From Microthyrium microscopicum (taxonomy: Eukaryota), in the NCBI GenBank assembly GCA_010405405.1, contig MU004240.1, positions 696,316 to 760,315 on the forward strand: a DNA stretch of 64,000 nucleotides, given 5' to 3'. Position 1 is the first letter of the stretch. The number at the start of each line of letters is the position of its first letter. Position numbers and translations under genes: made by a program. This document shows positions 1 through 10,533 of the stretch, piece after piece. Under the pieces are notes generated by a model that was not told the origin of the DNA, made no database searches, and saw only the letters and a list, made by a program, of their open reading frames with translations.

Positions 1-563
1 ATCACCTTACTCTTCGTCTTACTTAGGCCACCACACCTGATTGCTTCCTCCAACTTCTCCTGGCCACCTTCTGCAATAGCCTCCCACTTGTCGCTGCGTC
101 CATAAACAGAGTCCATACTACGTTTCGCCCTAGTACTATTCGTATCGCTTGTATTCTGCGATAAAATCGTCCGCACCAGCGCATCCAGCACCGATGGCGA
201 ATCACCACAGCCCGCTCGGTCAGCGCTCGCGACGACTTCCTTGGGCCTGTTGCGCGCGCCGTGCAGTTTGCGCAGAATGCGATGCGCTTCCTTTGCCTCG
301 GCGGGCGTGGGGTGTACAAAGTCTGGAAAGGGTGATTGGCCAGCTGTTGCAGAGTAGGCTTTGAGTTTGCGGTCCTTGAGAAGTATGGTTGGATCTTTCA
401 TGTCAATGTCGGCAGGTTTAGTGTCGTTGTCTTTCGAGCGGGTGTATTTGGTGGCGAGGGCGGGGAGGGTCTTGTCGAGTGCATCTTGGACTTGTTCCTT
501 TTTGACCTTTTTGATGGGTGGTGAGGCTTTTGTGGATCCCTTGCTCTTGCGTTTGGGTGCCAT
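1..563 (-). CDS. HhH-GPD superfamily base-excision DNA glycosylase (5' part; runs off left edge)
   Basis: Absent from the ORF track because there is no stop in the window. Manual translation from ATG 563 gives MAPKRKSK...SPFPDFVHPTPAEAKEAHRILRKLHG...GCGDSPSVLDALVRTILSQNTSDTNSTRAKRSMD...LEEAIRCGGLSKTKSKV. 'LVRTILSQNT' and 'IRCGGL' are typical of endonuclease III-like glycosylases. Confidence 0.9.
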   Translation of the reverse strand, partial: MAPKRKSKGSTKASPPIKKVKKEQVQDALDKTLPALATKYTRSKDNDTKPADIDMKDPTILLKDRKLKAYSATAGQSPFPDFVHPTPAEAKEAHRILRKLHGARNRPKEVVASADRAGCGDSPSVLDALVRTILSQNTSDTNSTRAKRSMDSVYGRSDKWEAIAEGGQEKLEEAIRCGGLSKTKSKV

Positions 564-1097
564 GGTGCTCTTGAAATGGAGTTGTTGTGTTGAAGTTGAC
601 AAGAGCCTGATGAAGTTGCCCCTGACACGATGGGAGACGCCGCCACAGGGTTTCCAAAGCTCTTTTGATAGAAAATGCCGAATGATTCCGATGTACGCTT
701 GAACTATTTTCAGAAATGTAATATTGCAAATGTGAGGTAACTGATTATGGGTTCAAAAAGAAAACTGTGGAAGGACAAGATCATCTGAGTCCTAGAAAGT
801 AGAGTAGAAAGGGAGAAGAGTCAACGCGTCATTGGCGTTTTTAACATTTCGAGACAGCTTTGACTCGTTTTAGCAACATAGTGTTATTGCTCGAAAGCGC
901 AATAATTATTCTTTCTCAAATTATAAGTATGGGGTTTGACGATGATTTCCAGCGATTTCCAATGATTTGGAAAATGGTGATCAGATGAGCATTCTCGAGG
1001 CAGTCCAAGGGAATGATCGGCGCTGAAATTTAGCTCAGCCTTATGGTCGGCATAAGGCTGAATGGCGGCGTTAAGCTGTTACGTCAATAGAATACTT

Positions 1098-2183
1098 CTA
1101 TTGAACCTTTGCAGAACAATCTTGCATCTGCAGTTTCCTTTCCGCTTCCTGTCGCCATTCGACCCAGATCTCCATGGCAGCAAGCTCAATGATGTCCTTC
1201 TCAGCCTGAGGCCAGGTAACCTGTTTAACAGGTTTAGGTCGGGTGCGTAGAGATTTGAAAATATCTCTCGGGGGTGTAGGCTGTTCAGGGAACCTGCCTC
1301 TCAATCCAGGCACAAAGTCCATAATCTCCTCACGTACTGGGAACTCTGCAGATTCAACAATCGTTCGAGCGAACCAGGTCTTATCCCATTGGTATGGCTC
1401 AAATAGAAACTCTCCCGACACTATATGAGTCTTGACATATGCAACAAACAGCCACCAATCTGGGTGTTGTTCAATCTTCTTAGTTTTGTAAGTAAGGTTC
1501 CATTTGTGCTCTTTGATGTACTCTCGGTTATTAAACATTTGTTGGAGCTCACGATCTCTTGATTTTTTTGAGTAGAAAAAGTAATCAGGGGCGCATAATG
1601 GTGCCCTTTGAGTCCGAAATGACGCCCGAATAATTTATTGAAACAGAATTTGGTCATAGACATTATCCAAAGTTATGTTGAAATGAGGAAAGGGTTGGAT
1701 CGGCCAGCGATGTCGCCATGGGTATCCACTAAACTCTGGAAAGCTCATTACGGATGGTAGTTGATGAAGAAGCGGATAGCTATGATGAAGTCGAATAAGC
1801 TGAACTAGATCGTCGAAGGAATACGGCTTGTTAGCCCAAATGGCTACTCCCTCTAGAAAATTGCCTGTTCGGTTCGGATATACTACTAGCTGGAATTTGT
1901 TTGTAGCTCGACCATCCTGCACCAGCTGAGAGCCATGGACTCTGGTTTCCCAGTTATGTTGCTCTTTCTTGATAGATGGTAATTCTTCTTTGTGTGAAGC
2001 GACGTCGCTTGACTTGATCGCTGTTGAATTTAGCTGAGAGAGAGGAAACTCGACTGGATTGCACCGTTCGACTTGGAGCGGCCGGCGGATCTGATCACAA
2101 CCTCTATCAGTCCAAGCCTGGCGTACCTGAGGTGGGTAGCTTAGTGTAAAGCTGGGCTGAGGTCTTGCTATGAAGGGCATCAT
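1098..2183 (-). pseudogene. Orphan hypothetical gene interrupted by a single in-frame TAA (1635-1637)
   Basis: ORFs 1635..2276 and 1098..1538 are in the same frame. The 32 codons between them (IIRASFRTQRAPLCAPDYFFYSKKSRDRELQQ) are open. No recognisable domain. Confidence 0.5.
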
Positions 2184-3966
2184 GTTGAAGAAAGGGTAAT
2201 AAAGTGTGTTGACAATAGGACAGGAGGAATCGCAGGTTAGCTCGGATATATAGGAGAAGGAATCTTGGAAGGACACCTTTACGTTGCAATCAAGTCATAC
2301 GAACCCTTAAATTTATGTAATAATTTCTAGAATGGAAATTGTGGGCAGAGTTTGGTTGAACTTTCAAGACGGTCTCCACAAGCACTTTTGCAGCCTTTGG
2401 CAAGCAGAGTTCGACATTTCTCTTTGATGCTTACAGTGGTTGCCTATTGCGCCTATGCAGACTAGACCAGTGTTTATACAGAGAAGTACCAAGCTAACAT
2501 ACCTTCATACCTACGTACTGCCACCAACTCGAAATTGCATGTTAATGGGTAGGTAGTAGGAGATAAACCCGGACAATTCTGAAATTAGATGTCTGAAGTC
2601 CCAGGTCGCATTTGAAAGGGAATTATACGGCACGTCAAAACTTGTAGAGCAGAAGCAAGCTCATCTCCTCGACTATCGAATGAAAGTTGGTGAGTATTTT
2701 AGCCTGTTACGCTGCTTTTTAGAAAGTGATTGCACGATATGCGCGACACCCTCCCCTTCGAATGGTAGTCCTTCCAGAAATCTGCTAATCACAACTGGGA
2801 CAGCCTCTAAATTGGAGCCTTCAGAACGCTAAGTCAATAACACTGAATCTTCTACCAACTTGCCTATAGGCTATGGCAACGATGATTGGCTACCGTTAGT
2901 GAAGATTACTGTAAACGGGAAGAGTGTCGCGCAACCACTTTCTACAAAGCAGTGTACAACTGTTGAAACAAATTGCCTAGTTGACTGGTGAATCTGTTTT
3001 CGAGTTGATACCGAATCAAGTTTCTCGCAATGCTTTTGAAGTGGAAACACTTCTGACTGCCACAACGCTGTTCACAAGCAATATCAGTCGAGGTCAAATA
3101 TTCTAACCTTCAACCCTTGCCGAGTACTGGACAAAAGAAATGACGCGCCCCATCTGCCATAATCTGCCATAATCTGTTATCAATTGCTTCAATTTCCAAG
3201 CCTGGTTTGAAGTGCTTGTCCCTATGTCGAATGTAACAGAAAATATAGCATCTTTGGTGTAGAAGCATTGGTGGCAGCCATGGAATTCGGTAGGGGGACG
3301 TCAGTTTGGAGGTTTCCAACCACCCGGCCTCATTTTTGAGTAACGCGGGATCGCAGATCCTACTGATAGTAGTATATATGATATCTGCACAGGGATAAGA
3401 GCTTGAAGTGACATTGAATTCCGGTGTGCCCCGTGATAAGCAGCTATTGGACTCGATTATGACTCCTTTGCATCCTCAATTTGGGTGGATGAAGGCACGG
3501 AAGGTCTGGCCCCCTGAAAAAACAGGCGGTAATCAATGAAGAGACCGCAACTGTGGCTCAGCAGTTGGAATCGACCAACAACAATCTTTCGCTAAATCAG
3601 CCAGTCATCGCATCGGAGAGGGTCGGCAGCACAAGATATCTTGATCACTCCACTTTTCTGAAGGTTGACAACTGTAACCTCTTTGGGCCTAGTCTTTTGC
3701 AAGGATATAAGAGGCATCTTACTATCTTTGTCAAAATCTAGCTATCTTCCGTTAGGGAGACCCACAAGTGATTTAGTATAAGACGCTAAAGAGGAGTAAA
3801 CTACGCTATCACTAAGTAATAGCGCATATCACTCTTTTTAGGTGATTTTCACTTGAGCCACAGTTAAACCAAATTAGGACGAAAGAGTAGTATCGGATCC
3901 TGATCCGTAACTACTCGGATGCGGTTTTTCAAGGTGGCCGACCCTCTCCATCCATCGCTCCTGTAA

Positions 3967-4262
3967 GTCGTCAAAATAAGTGGGTCAGAGGATCGTTCAA
4001 TTTCGACGGATATTCCCATCGAGTTAAGAGGTAGGTACGGTCTCCCATCGAGTACGATGTCTCCCATCAAGTACGATGTCTCCCATCGAGTACGATTATT
4101 CCCATCCATCACGCTATATTATCGAGTGCTCTATTTCCATCGAGGGCGTTCATTTCCCAACAATTTATCGAGTACGATGGGAAATATAGGACCTGTACTT
4201 TTTATGCAAGACATCGTAGTCGATGGGATTCATTGTCTAAAAGGCTCGCTTATTTTGAGGAC
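3967..4262. mobile_element. MITE-like element copy A (diverged, with internal 19-bp tandem amplification)
   Basis: Terminal inverted repeats gtcgtcaaaataagtgggtc / ggctcgcttattttgaggac. Internal ~4118-4193 (attatcgagtgctctattt...aatttatcgagtacgatgggaaatata) aligns with 21356-21428 of copy C. Exact ends uncertain. Confidence 0.65.
4041..4097. repeat. Tandem 19-bp repeat x3 (TCTCCCATCGAGTACGATG)
   Basis: Units at 4041, 4060 and 4079. The consensus unit contains the hairpin CATCG-AGTA-CGATG. Confidence 0.9.
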
Positions 4263-4540
4263 GAAGAAAGCTCCTGAGTCCTGGAGGAGTCAGGATTATT
4301 GCGGGCGGTGAGCAATTACAGCATGGGTATTAGGCTGCAAGAGGTGGCGCAGTTGAAGCCTCCAGCAGGTGTGCCTGACAAACACCGCATATCAAATATC
4401 TGCTAAGCCTACAGCACACATGCAGTAGCAAACCTCATGATAGGCAACTGTTGGACCGGTATATAAGTTTCGAGGTCCCCCTTCTTCGAGTTTTTTCTTT
4501 CCCATCCATCCACTCTCTCGAATCAACTCCACTGGCTGTG

Positions 4541-6361
4541 ATGGAGACCTTAAATTTCAACAACGCCACCGCTACCATGGCACCATCACCGTTGATGACC
4601 ATGCTAGAGGTGTCGATTCCAGGATTTTCTCTCATTCAGCGATTCCTGTCAGATTATTTCAATATCGACCTGTCTCAGTATCTTGGAGCTCTTCTTCTTG
4701 TAGCCGGTTTCATCACAGCTTCCAACTATTGCTGGGAGCGATTTCGAGGTTCACTCAATCAATATTTCACATGCAGCGCAGAAGTCCGTTACAACGATGA
4801 AATTTACAACTATCTCATGTACTGGATCAGCAAAGAGGGACTCTCGAAAACGTCATCGCACTTCGTGGCTGGAACACAAACCAAAAGCTCCGCTGTCTAT
4901 GGGGGGGATGAGACTGAGGACGAGGACTACCCCGATGTTGAGGACAGCGAAATGACCGAGGAACTCGCTCTGAGTCTGAAAAATTGGGACCGCATGAAGA
5001 AAATCAAGTTTACACCATCAACCGGAACACACAACTTCAGATACAAGGGCCACTGGCTTACCTTCACTCGCTCTCAAGAAAAGGATCAAGGCTTCTACGG
5101 CTCAACCAAGACTGACGAAATTTCCATTTCTTGCTATGGCAGAAATCCTCAAATTCTCAAAGATCTGCTCCAAGAAGCCCAGGTTGCTTACCTGGAGCGC
5201 GACGGTAACAAGACTATCATCTATCGTGGAGGTCGCGGGTATGGCGGTTCTATGGACGACCTGGAATGGATTCGATGCATGTCTCGCCCACCTCGTAACA
5301 TGGATACGGTGGTTCTTGATGAAGGTCAGAAGGCTCTTGTTCTCAACGATATGAAGGAATACCTCCGCCCAAGAACGAAGAAATGGTACTCCAACCGTGG
5401 TATTCCATATCGTCGCGGATATTTGCTTCATGGCCCACCTGGTACTGGCAAGACATCTCTCTGCTTTGCTCTGGCTGGTCTCCTCCATCTCCCAATCTAT
5501 GTCGCAGGTCTCAACTCTGGAAAAGTCAGCGAAGAGGGTCTCGCTAGTCTATTCCGTGATCTTCCAGAGCGCTGCATTGTACTTCTTGAGGATATCGACT
5601 CTGCTGGTCTGACGATGAAGCGCAAGGATGACGAGACACCTGCTGTGGAGGAAGACAAGACTGACGACAACAAAGACTCGAATAAGGCTGCCGTTCCATC
5701 CGGCCAACAAGGTCCAGCTCCTGCAGCTGATTCCAACAGCAAGGGTGTTAGTCTTTCTGGTTTCCTCAACATCATTGATGGTGTAGCTTCTAGCGAAGGT
5801 CGCATTTTGGTCATGACTACCAACCACCCAGACAAACTCGATGCTGCCTTGCTTCGGCCAGGCCGCGTTGATCTTTCCATTCAATTCGGTTATGCTAGCT
5901 ACGATGTGCTCAAGGGTCTTTTCATGGCTATCTATTCCACTCGTGGTCCAGAGGTCGCCAAGATGAAGGCGAGCAAGAAGAGCGAGCCAGAGATGAACGG
6001 AAACGCCAACGGAAACGCCAACGGAAACGCCAATGGAAACGCCAATGGACTCGCCAACGGAACTGTCAACGAGAGCAATGGAGTCTTGACCAATGGTATC
6101 ACCGAGAAGACCCCAAAGCACCTTCTCGGTCGTCCTATCAATACCTCATTTTTGGCTCATGGCAAATCGGAAGAGCAAGTTGTTGCTTGGGCGACTAAGT
6201 TTGCTGAGCTGGTTCCTGCTGATGTTTACACTCCAGCGGAAATCCAAGGTTATCTTTTGCAGCATAAGACAGCACCAGAAAATGCCATTGATGAGATTGG
6301 CATGTGGATGGACACGATGAAGAAGAAGAAGGCTACTACAGCGGCATTGGCATCAACATAA
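4541..6361 (+). CDS. BCS1-like AAA+ ATPase (BCS1_N + AAA domain)
   Basis: WYSNRGIPYRRGYLLHGPPGTGKTS (Walker A), VLLEDID (Walker B), SLSGFLNIIDG, MTTNHPDKLDAALLRPGRVD and TPAEIQGYLL, plus an N-terminal TM segment. First ATG at 4541. May be a paralogue rather than the BCS1 orthologue. Confidence 0.92.
   Translation: METLNFNNATATMAPSPLMTMLEVSIPGFSLIQRFLSDYFNIDLSQYLGALLLVAGFITASNYCWERFRGSLNQYFTCSAEVRYNDEIYNYLMYWISKEGLSKTSSHFVAGTQTKSSAVYGGDETEDEDYPDVEDSEMTEELALSLKNWDRMKKIKFTPSTGTHNFRYKGHWLTFTRSQEKDQGFYGSTKTDEISISCYGRNPQILKDLLQEAQVAYLERDGNKTIIYRGGRGYGGSMDDLEWIRCMSRPPRNMDTVVLDEGQKALVLNDMKEYLRPRTKKWYSNRGIPYRRGYLLHGPPGTGKTSLCFALAGLLHLPIYVAGLNSGKVSEEGLASLFRDLPERCIVLLEDIDSAGLTMKRKDDETPAVEEDKTDDNKDSNKAAVPSGQQGPAPAADSNSKGVSLSGFLNIIDGVASSEGRILVMTTNHPDKLDAALLRPGRVDLSIQFGYASYDVLKGLFMAIYSTRGPEVAKMKASKKSEPEMNGNANGNANGNANGNANGLANGTVNESNGVLTNGITEKTPKHLLGRPINTSFLAHGKSEEQVVAWATKFAELVPADVYTPAEIQGYLLQHKTAPENAIDEIGMWMDTMKKKKATTAALAST
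5996..6061 (+). repeat. 12-bp coding tandem repeat (AACGGAAACGCC) encoding (NGNA)n
   Basis: About 5 units inside the BCS1-like CDS. Confidence 0.85.
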
Positions 6362-6622
6362 GCGCTTGATATTTGGCGGTTGCATTGTAATATACTCATG
6401 GCTATAGACTTTATGAATACACCTCACGCTCATAGGCGTTTATGACACTAAATACTCCTTTGTTTACCTTAGCATTGGCAGTGACTTAGAAGTGTTTCCT
6501 GATTCCATGAAGAGGATAAACAGGTTCATGATGCTTCTTTCCTATAAGCCATATTTCAGCCACAGCTTTCTACTCAAATATCTCCCAGTCATACAAATGT
6601 TTGCAAGCAAATTTAATGCAGC

Positions 6623-8166
6623 CTACTGCTCCGAAACGATCAAACCAGCCATGCCCATTCCCTAGAATTATTAGCATACTTGAAAGTCAAGTAAGAGGAA
6701 CAACTTACTGTTCCAACACACATGGTAGTGACCGCAATCTTCTTATTTTGGCGTTTCAATTCTGATATGGCAGTAACGATTTGACGAGCACCGGTGCATC
6801 CAAGAGGATGACCCAAAGCACTGAGCAGTATTAGTTGTGCACATGAAAAGAAAGTCAAGTTCTCTTACATTGCTCCTCCACGAGGATTTACCTTCGCTCG
6901 GTCAACTCCAAGAGTTTGAGCGCAGTGAACAAGCTGTCGACCATCAGTATCCTATGATAGCAGTCGACTTGGGGAATACTTACCACTGAGCCAAATGCTT
7001 CGTTGATCTCCCAGATGTCGACATCCTCCTTGTTCACTCCAAACTTCTTGAGGCTAGCATCTCATTAGTCCCCAATTTTGTCCACTGTTGGTGTAGAACT
7101 TACAGCTTTGGCACCGCAACAGTTGGTCCAGCGCCCATAATCCGTGGTGCCAATCCAGCAACCGTCGAGCCCACATACTTCGCCAAGATTGGCTGTCCCA
7201 GCTCCTGAGCCTTCGCTCTCGTCATCATCAAAAGAGCAGCAACACCATCCGTAATCTGAGACGCATTTCCACCCGTCGTTGTGGCTGGCTCCCATTGTGG
7301 AAACGCCTGTCGGAGCTTGGCCAAGCCTTCCTTGGTCGTGCCATACCGCACGCCATCATCACGATCCGCCACTACCGTCTTGACCTCACCCGTCTTTGGA
7401 TCCTTGACTTGAACCGTAATTGGAGTAATCTCATCCTTAGGCCAACCCTCCTTCTGTGCTCTCTCCGCCTTCTGAGTGCTCTCTGCTGCCCAGTCATCCT
7501 GAACATCTCTTGCAATACCATAGTCACCGGCCAAGTTCTCAGCCGTCCAGCCCATCGGCATCTTAAGGTCCTTGCCATTAGGATCGTTCATGATCTTGGG
7601 ACCGAGTGGTGGCGCGCCATTATCCTTGTTCTGGCTCATGCTTTCCGCACCGACGGCGATACCAATGTCAATGACACCGGTGAGAATCTGGTTGGCGACG
7701 GATTGGGTGGCGAGAAGGCCAGAGGAGCACCAGCGGCTGGCGATAGAGGAGGCGGTTGTTGGTGGGAAGCCGGCAGCGAGGAGGGCACCGCGGGAGATGT
7801 AGTTGGCATTTGGCTCGAGGACGTTGCCGACAACGATTTCTTCGACGAGATCGGGAGAGATGTTGGACTTTTCGCGGACAGCCTGATTGATGGTTAGAAT
7901 GTATGTTGCAGTGTTGAAAGATGGAGATATACAGTCAAAATTGGAATTAGCAAGTCCTCTAGCTTGGTATCTTTGAATGCACCCTTTTTGAAATGAGTGA
8001 GAGCTGAACGAGTGGCATATGTAATAACCTGTACTATTAGCTTTGTTTGCAATTCATGTTCTACATAACTTACGATATCATTGGGGTTCTTTGCAAGGAT
8101 GGCCGATTTGCCTCCTGCTCCATTGAGCTGACCCGATAGCTGTGTTAGTCTCTGTTGTGCTGACAT
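6623..8166 (-). CDS. POT1: Peroxisomal 3-ketoacyl-CoA thiolase (multi-exon)
   Basis: N-terminal PTS2 RLTQLSGQL, catalytic SRWCSSGL, TTGGNASQITDG, WEINEAF, NPRGGAIALGHPLGCTG and TMCVGTGMGMAG. About 6 GT-AG introns with CTAA/CTGA branch sites. Stop at 6623-6625. Confidence 0.93.
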
Positions 8167-9166
8167 TGTGATACGGATAATGTGAAAAGAATGGAAAGAT
8201 CGAAATGCTGAAGAATCCGAGGCTACCGAAACTTTTTAAAAGAATCCGTGGTTCAGTAATTCGGCGTAGGTTGATTATCCAATCCTTGTGCCGAGTATGA
8301 CGGCAAATCCCTCGGTAACATCAGCTCGACGCATCTCGACCACAGGGCTGGTGGTTGGACTACTGCAAGGGTTCATGCATAACAGTTAGCGCCTAGACAG
8401 AACTTTGATATCAAAGTCAACAGAACTAGTAGCTGTATATCGAATAGTTTGCAGTCACATATTTTCGATTTGAATTATTAGGCCTTGTTGCTGAAAATCA
8501 TGGGCTAGTGTGCTATTGTGAAATCTGAACGACAGCAAGAATTATAACATTCCATTGAGAATATTAGAAATATGATACAAGATGACTTGTATAAGACAAA
8601 TAATCAAAGGTTCGTAGCATTCAAGTGTCTGGATATGATGCCTTGGAGAGGATACGCTACTGGTCTGAATATTTTTGCTTGAACAACTACATATCTGCTT
8701 GTACACAACATTGTGTTCTTTTTGATAAGAAGCAAGGTAGTTAAGAAAGATATGATGAGGTCGAATAGAAGATCCTCTTCCACAGATGATTGAGTTGGTA
8801 AAGCTAAATTTGCTAGAACCGTTATACTTTTAACATCGTATGATTCAGCCTCCCTATACGGTAAATTGGACATCTACCTTGTTACAAGACTAGTTACCTA
8901 TTCTTTTTGGAAGTCATGCTCCAGAGCTTTAGATTTTTTGGATTATAGAATAAACTCAAGTAAATGGCTTCCAATTGCAACATAATCTTTCAGTATCGTC
9001 AAAACAGCCTTGAACTTCGTTGTAGTCATTCATTCCCAGATATCTTGCTCGTAACGATGGCTGACCGCAGTAGTAGAGTAATATCGGTCTTTCTCTAAAT
9101 CTTTGCAAAGAACGTTCTATAAACCCATCAACATCATCTTGCCCGAAACTTAAGTAATCAACCAAC

Positions 9167-9893
9167 TCACGGCGCCTCAACCACCTTCGTGATCTCCACA
9201 ATCGACTAAAAATCGTTAGCATCACCTAATCATTCAAGATATATCAAAACTCACTGGTCCCCTCGACCCCGGACTCGCCGTAGAAACTGACTCCGTCTCA
9301 AACTTATACCCACCCTCCTTCCCACTCCCACCAGCTCTCACATACGCCAAATACTTCGGCGCACCAGGCATATCAGTATTATCCGCCACCAAAAGTCCAC
9401 CCTTCCTCAACACACCCAACTCCTCCGCAAGTTGCAAATCCGGCAGATAGAACTCCTCCCAGTGATCAAAAAACAACACATCCACCTTTCCTTTGCCCAG
9501 CTTTCCCTCCACTACTAAAGCCTTCAATGTCTCACCAGCTTTCCTCCCAGCACAAACCTCCACCACTCCCTCAAGGCCAGCCAAACCCACAAAGTCCTTC
9601 GCAATACTGGCAATGCCCTCATCAAGCTCGCACGCATAAACTTTACACTCATTCTTCAGCACATCCGGTTGGTCGGCCCAGATATCGCTTAAGATAGAGC
9701 CCCAGCCGATAGCACTGCAGCCAATATAGGTTCCAAGCTCGACGATGATCTTCGGTGGTGGACTCATGGCTTCGAGCGCGGAGCGGGCGGCGGCGAGTTT
9801 GGGTCCTTTGAATGTCATCATGCGTTCGGGGGATGCATTGATAGCAGCGAGGACGGCGGTGGGTGAGTTTTGGAGGGTGGAGCGCTGGGACAT
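9167..9893 (-). CDS. Catechol O-methyltransferase-like SAM-dependent methyltransferase
   Basis: IVELGTYIGCS (SAM motif I), VLFFDHWEEFYLPDL and LLVADNTDMPGAPKYL. A short last exon (SIVEITKVVEAP*) follows a gtgagt...gctaac...ttag intron. Confidence 0.9.
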
Positions 9894-10533
9894 GATTTGC
9901 GAGTGGAGGGTGGCTTCGCGGCCGTCGTTGAACTAGTTGAATTGGTTAGTGGGTGGGTATATTTGGGGTGGCATGGGAGCGGTTACTTTCATGCCTGTTG
10001 GGCGTTGTTGAGAGTTGTTTGGTGGTGGCATTTTGAGAGTTTGGCTAGAAGTTCAGAAGTAGCAGGTTTATTTTTGAAGGGGCGAGGAACTCTCGTGAAG
10101 GAAGGTATGCTATGTGATTTTATACTCGTACATGTTATCAGTTGCTTTAAGAGCGTATGAGGCGGAAATGTTGTCGACTCGGACTTCGGGCTTTGCGCTG
10201 CTGCGAGCTTGCGATAGGGTTGTTGCGACAGCGAAATGAGTCGACGACTTCGAGAAGATGCACCATACAAATGTGGAGCTCATGGACATGTCACTCCATA
10301 AGTTTCCATATTCGTTGTAGAAGACGCGAATGGGCTAGCGTAGGCCATAGTTGGAACACTCTTTGGTTAAAATGTGTTATGGCAGACCTCGTAGTCGAGG
10401 GACTGGCATATTTTTGATCGAGTTCAGAAGAGAATAGTAGTCATTTTTACAACAATTTTATTATTCTTGATTACATTAATGATCAAAGAATATGATCGCG
10501 ATCAGCGGAGATCAACCATTTTCATCCCTAAAC

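Noticed and set aside
3110..3717. Possible second pseudogene on the minus strand
   Set aside because: The frames do not join without multiple stops and shifts, and there is no recognisable similarity.
4041..4097. Palindromic short repeats resembling a CRISPR array
   Set aside because: No spacers, eukaryotic context and no cas genes. The repeats derive from the MITE subterminal motif.
7295..7897. Long antisense ORFs (also 5549-6121, 11341-11988, 40254-40925, 42162-42809, 58125-58661)
   Set aside because: These are shadow frames opposite well-supported genes, explained by codon bias.
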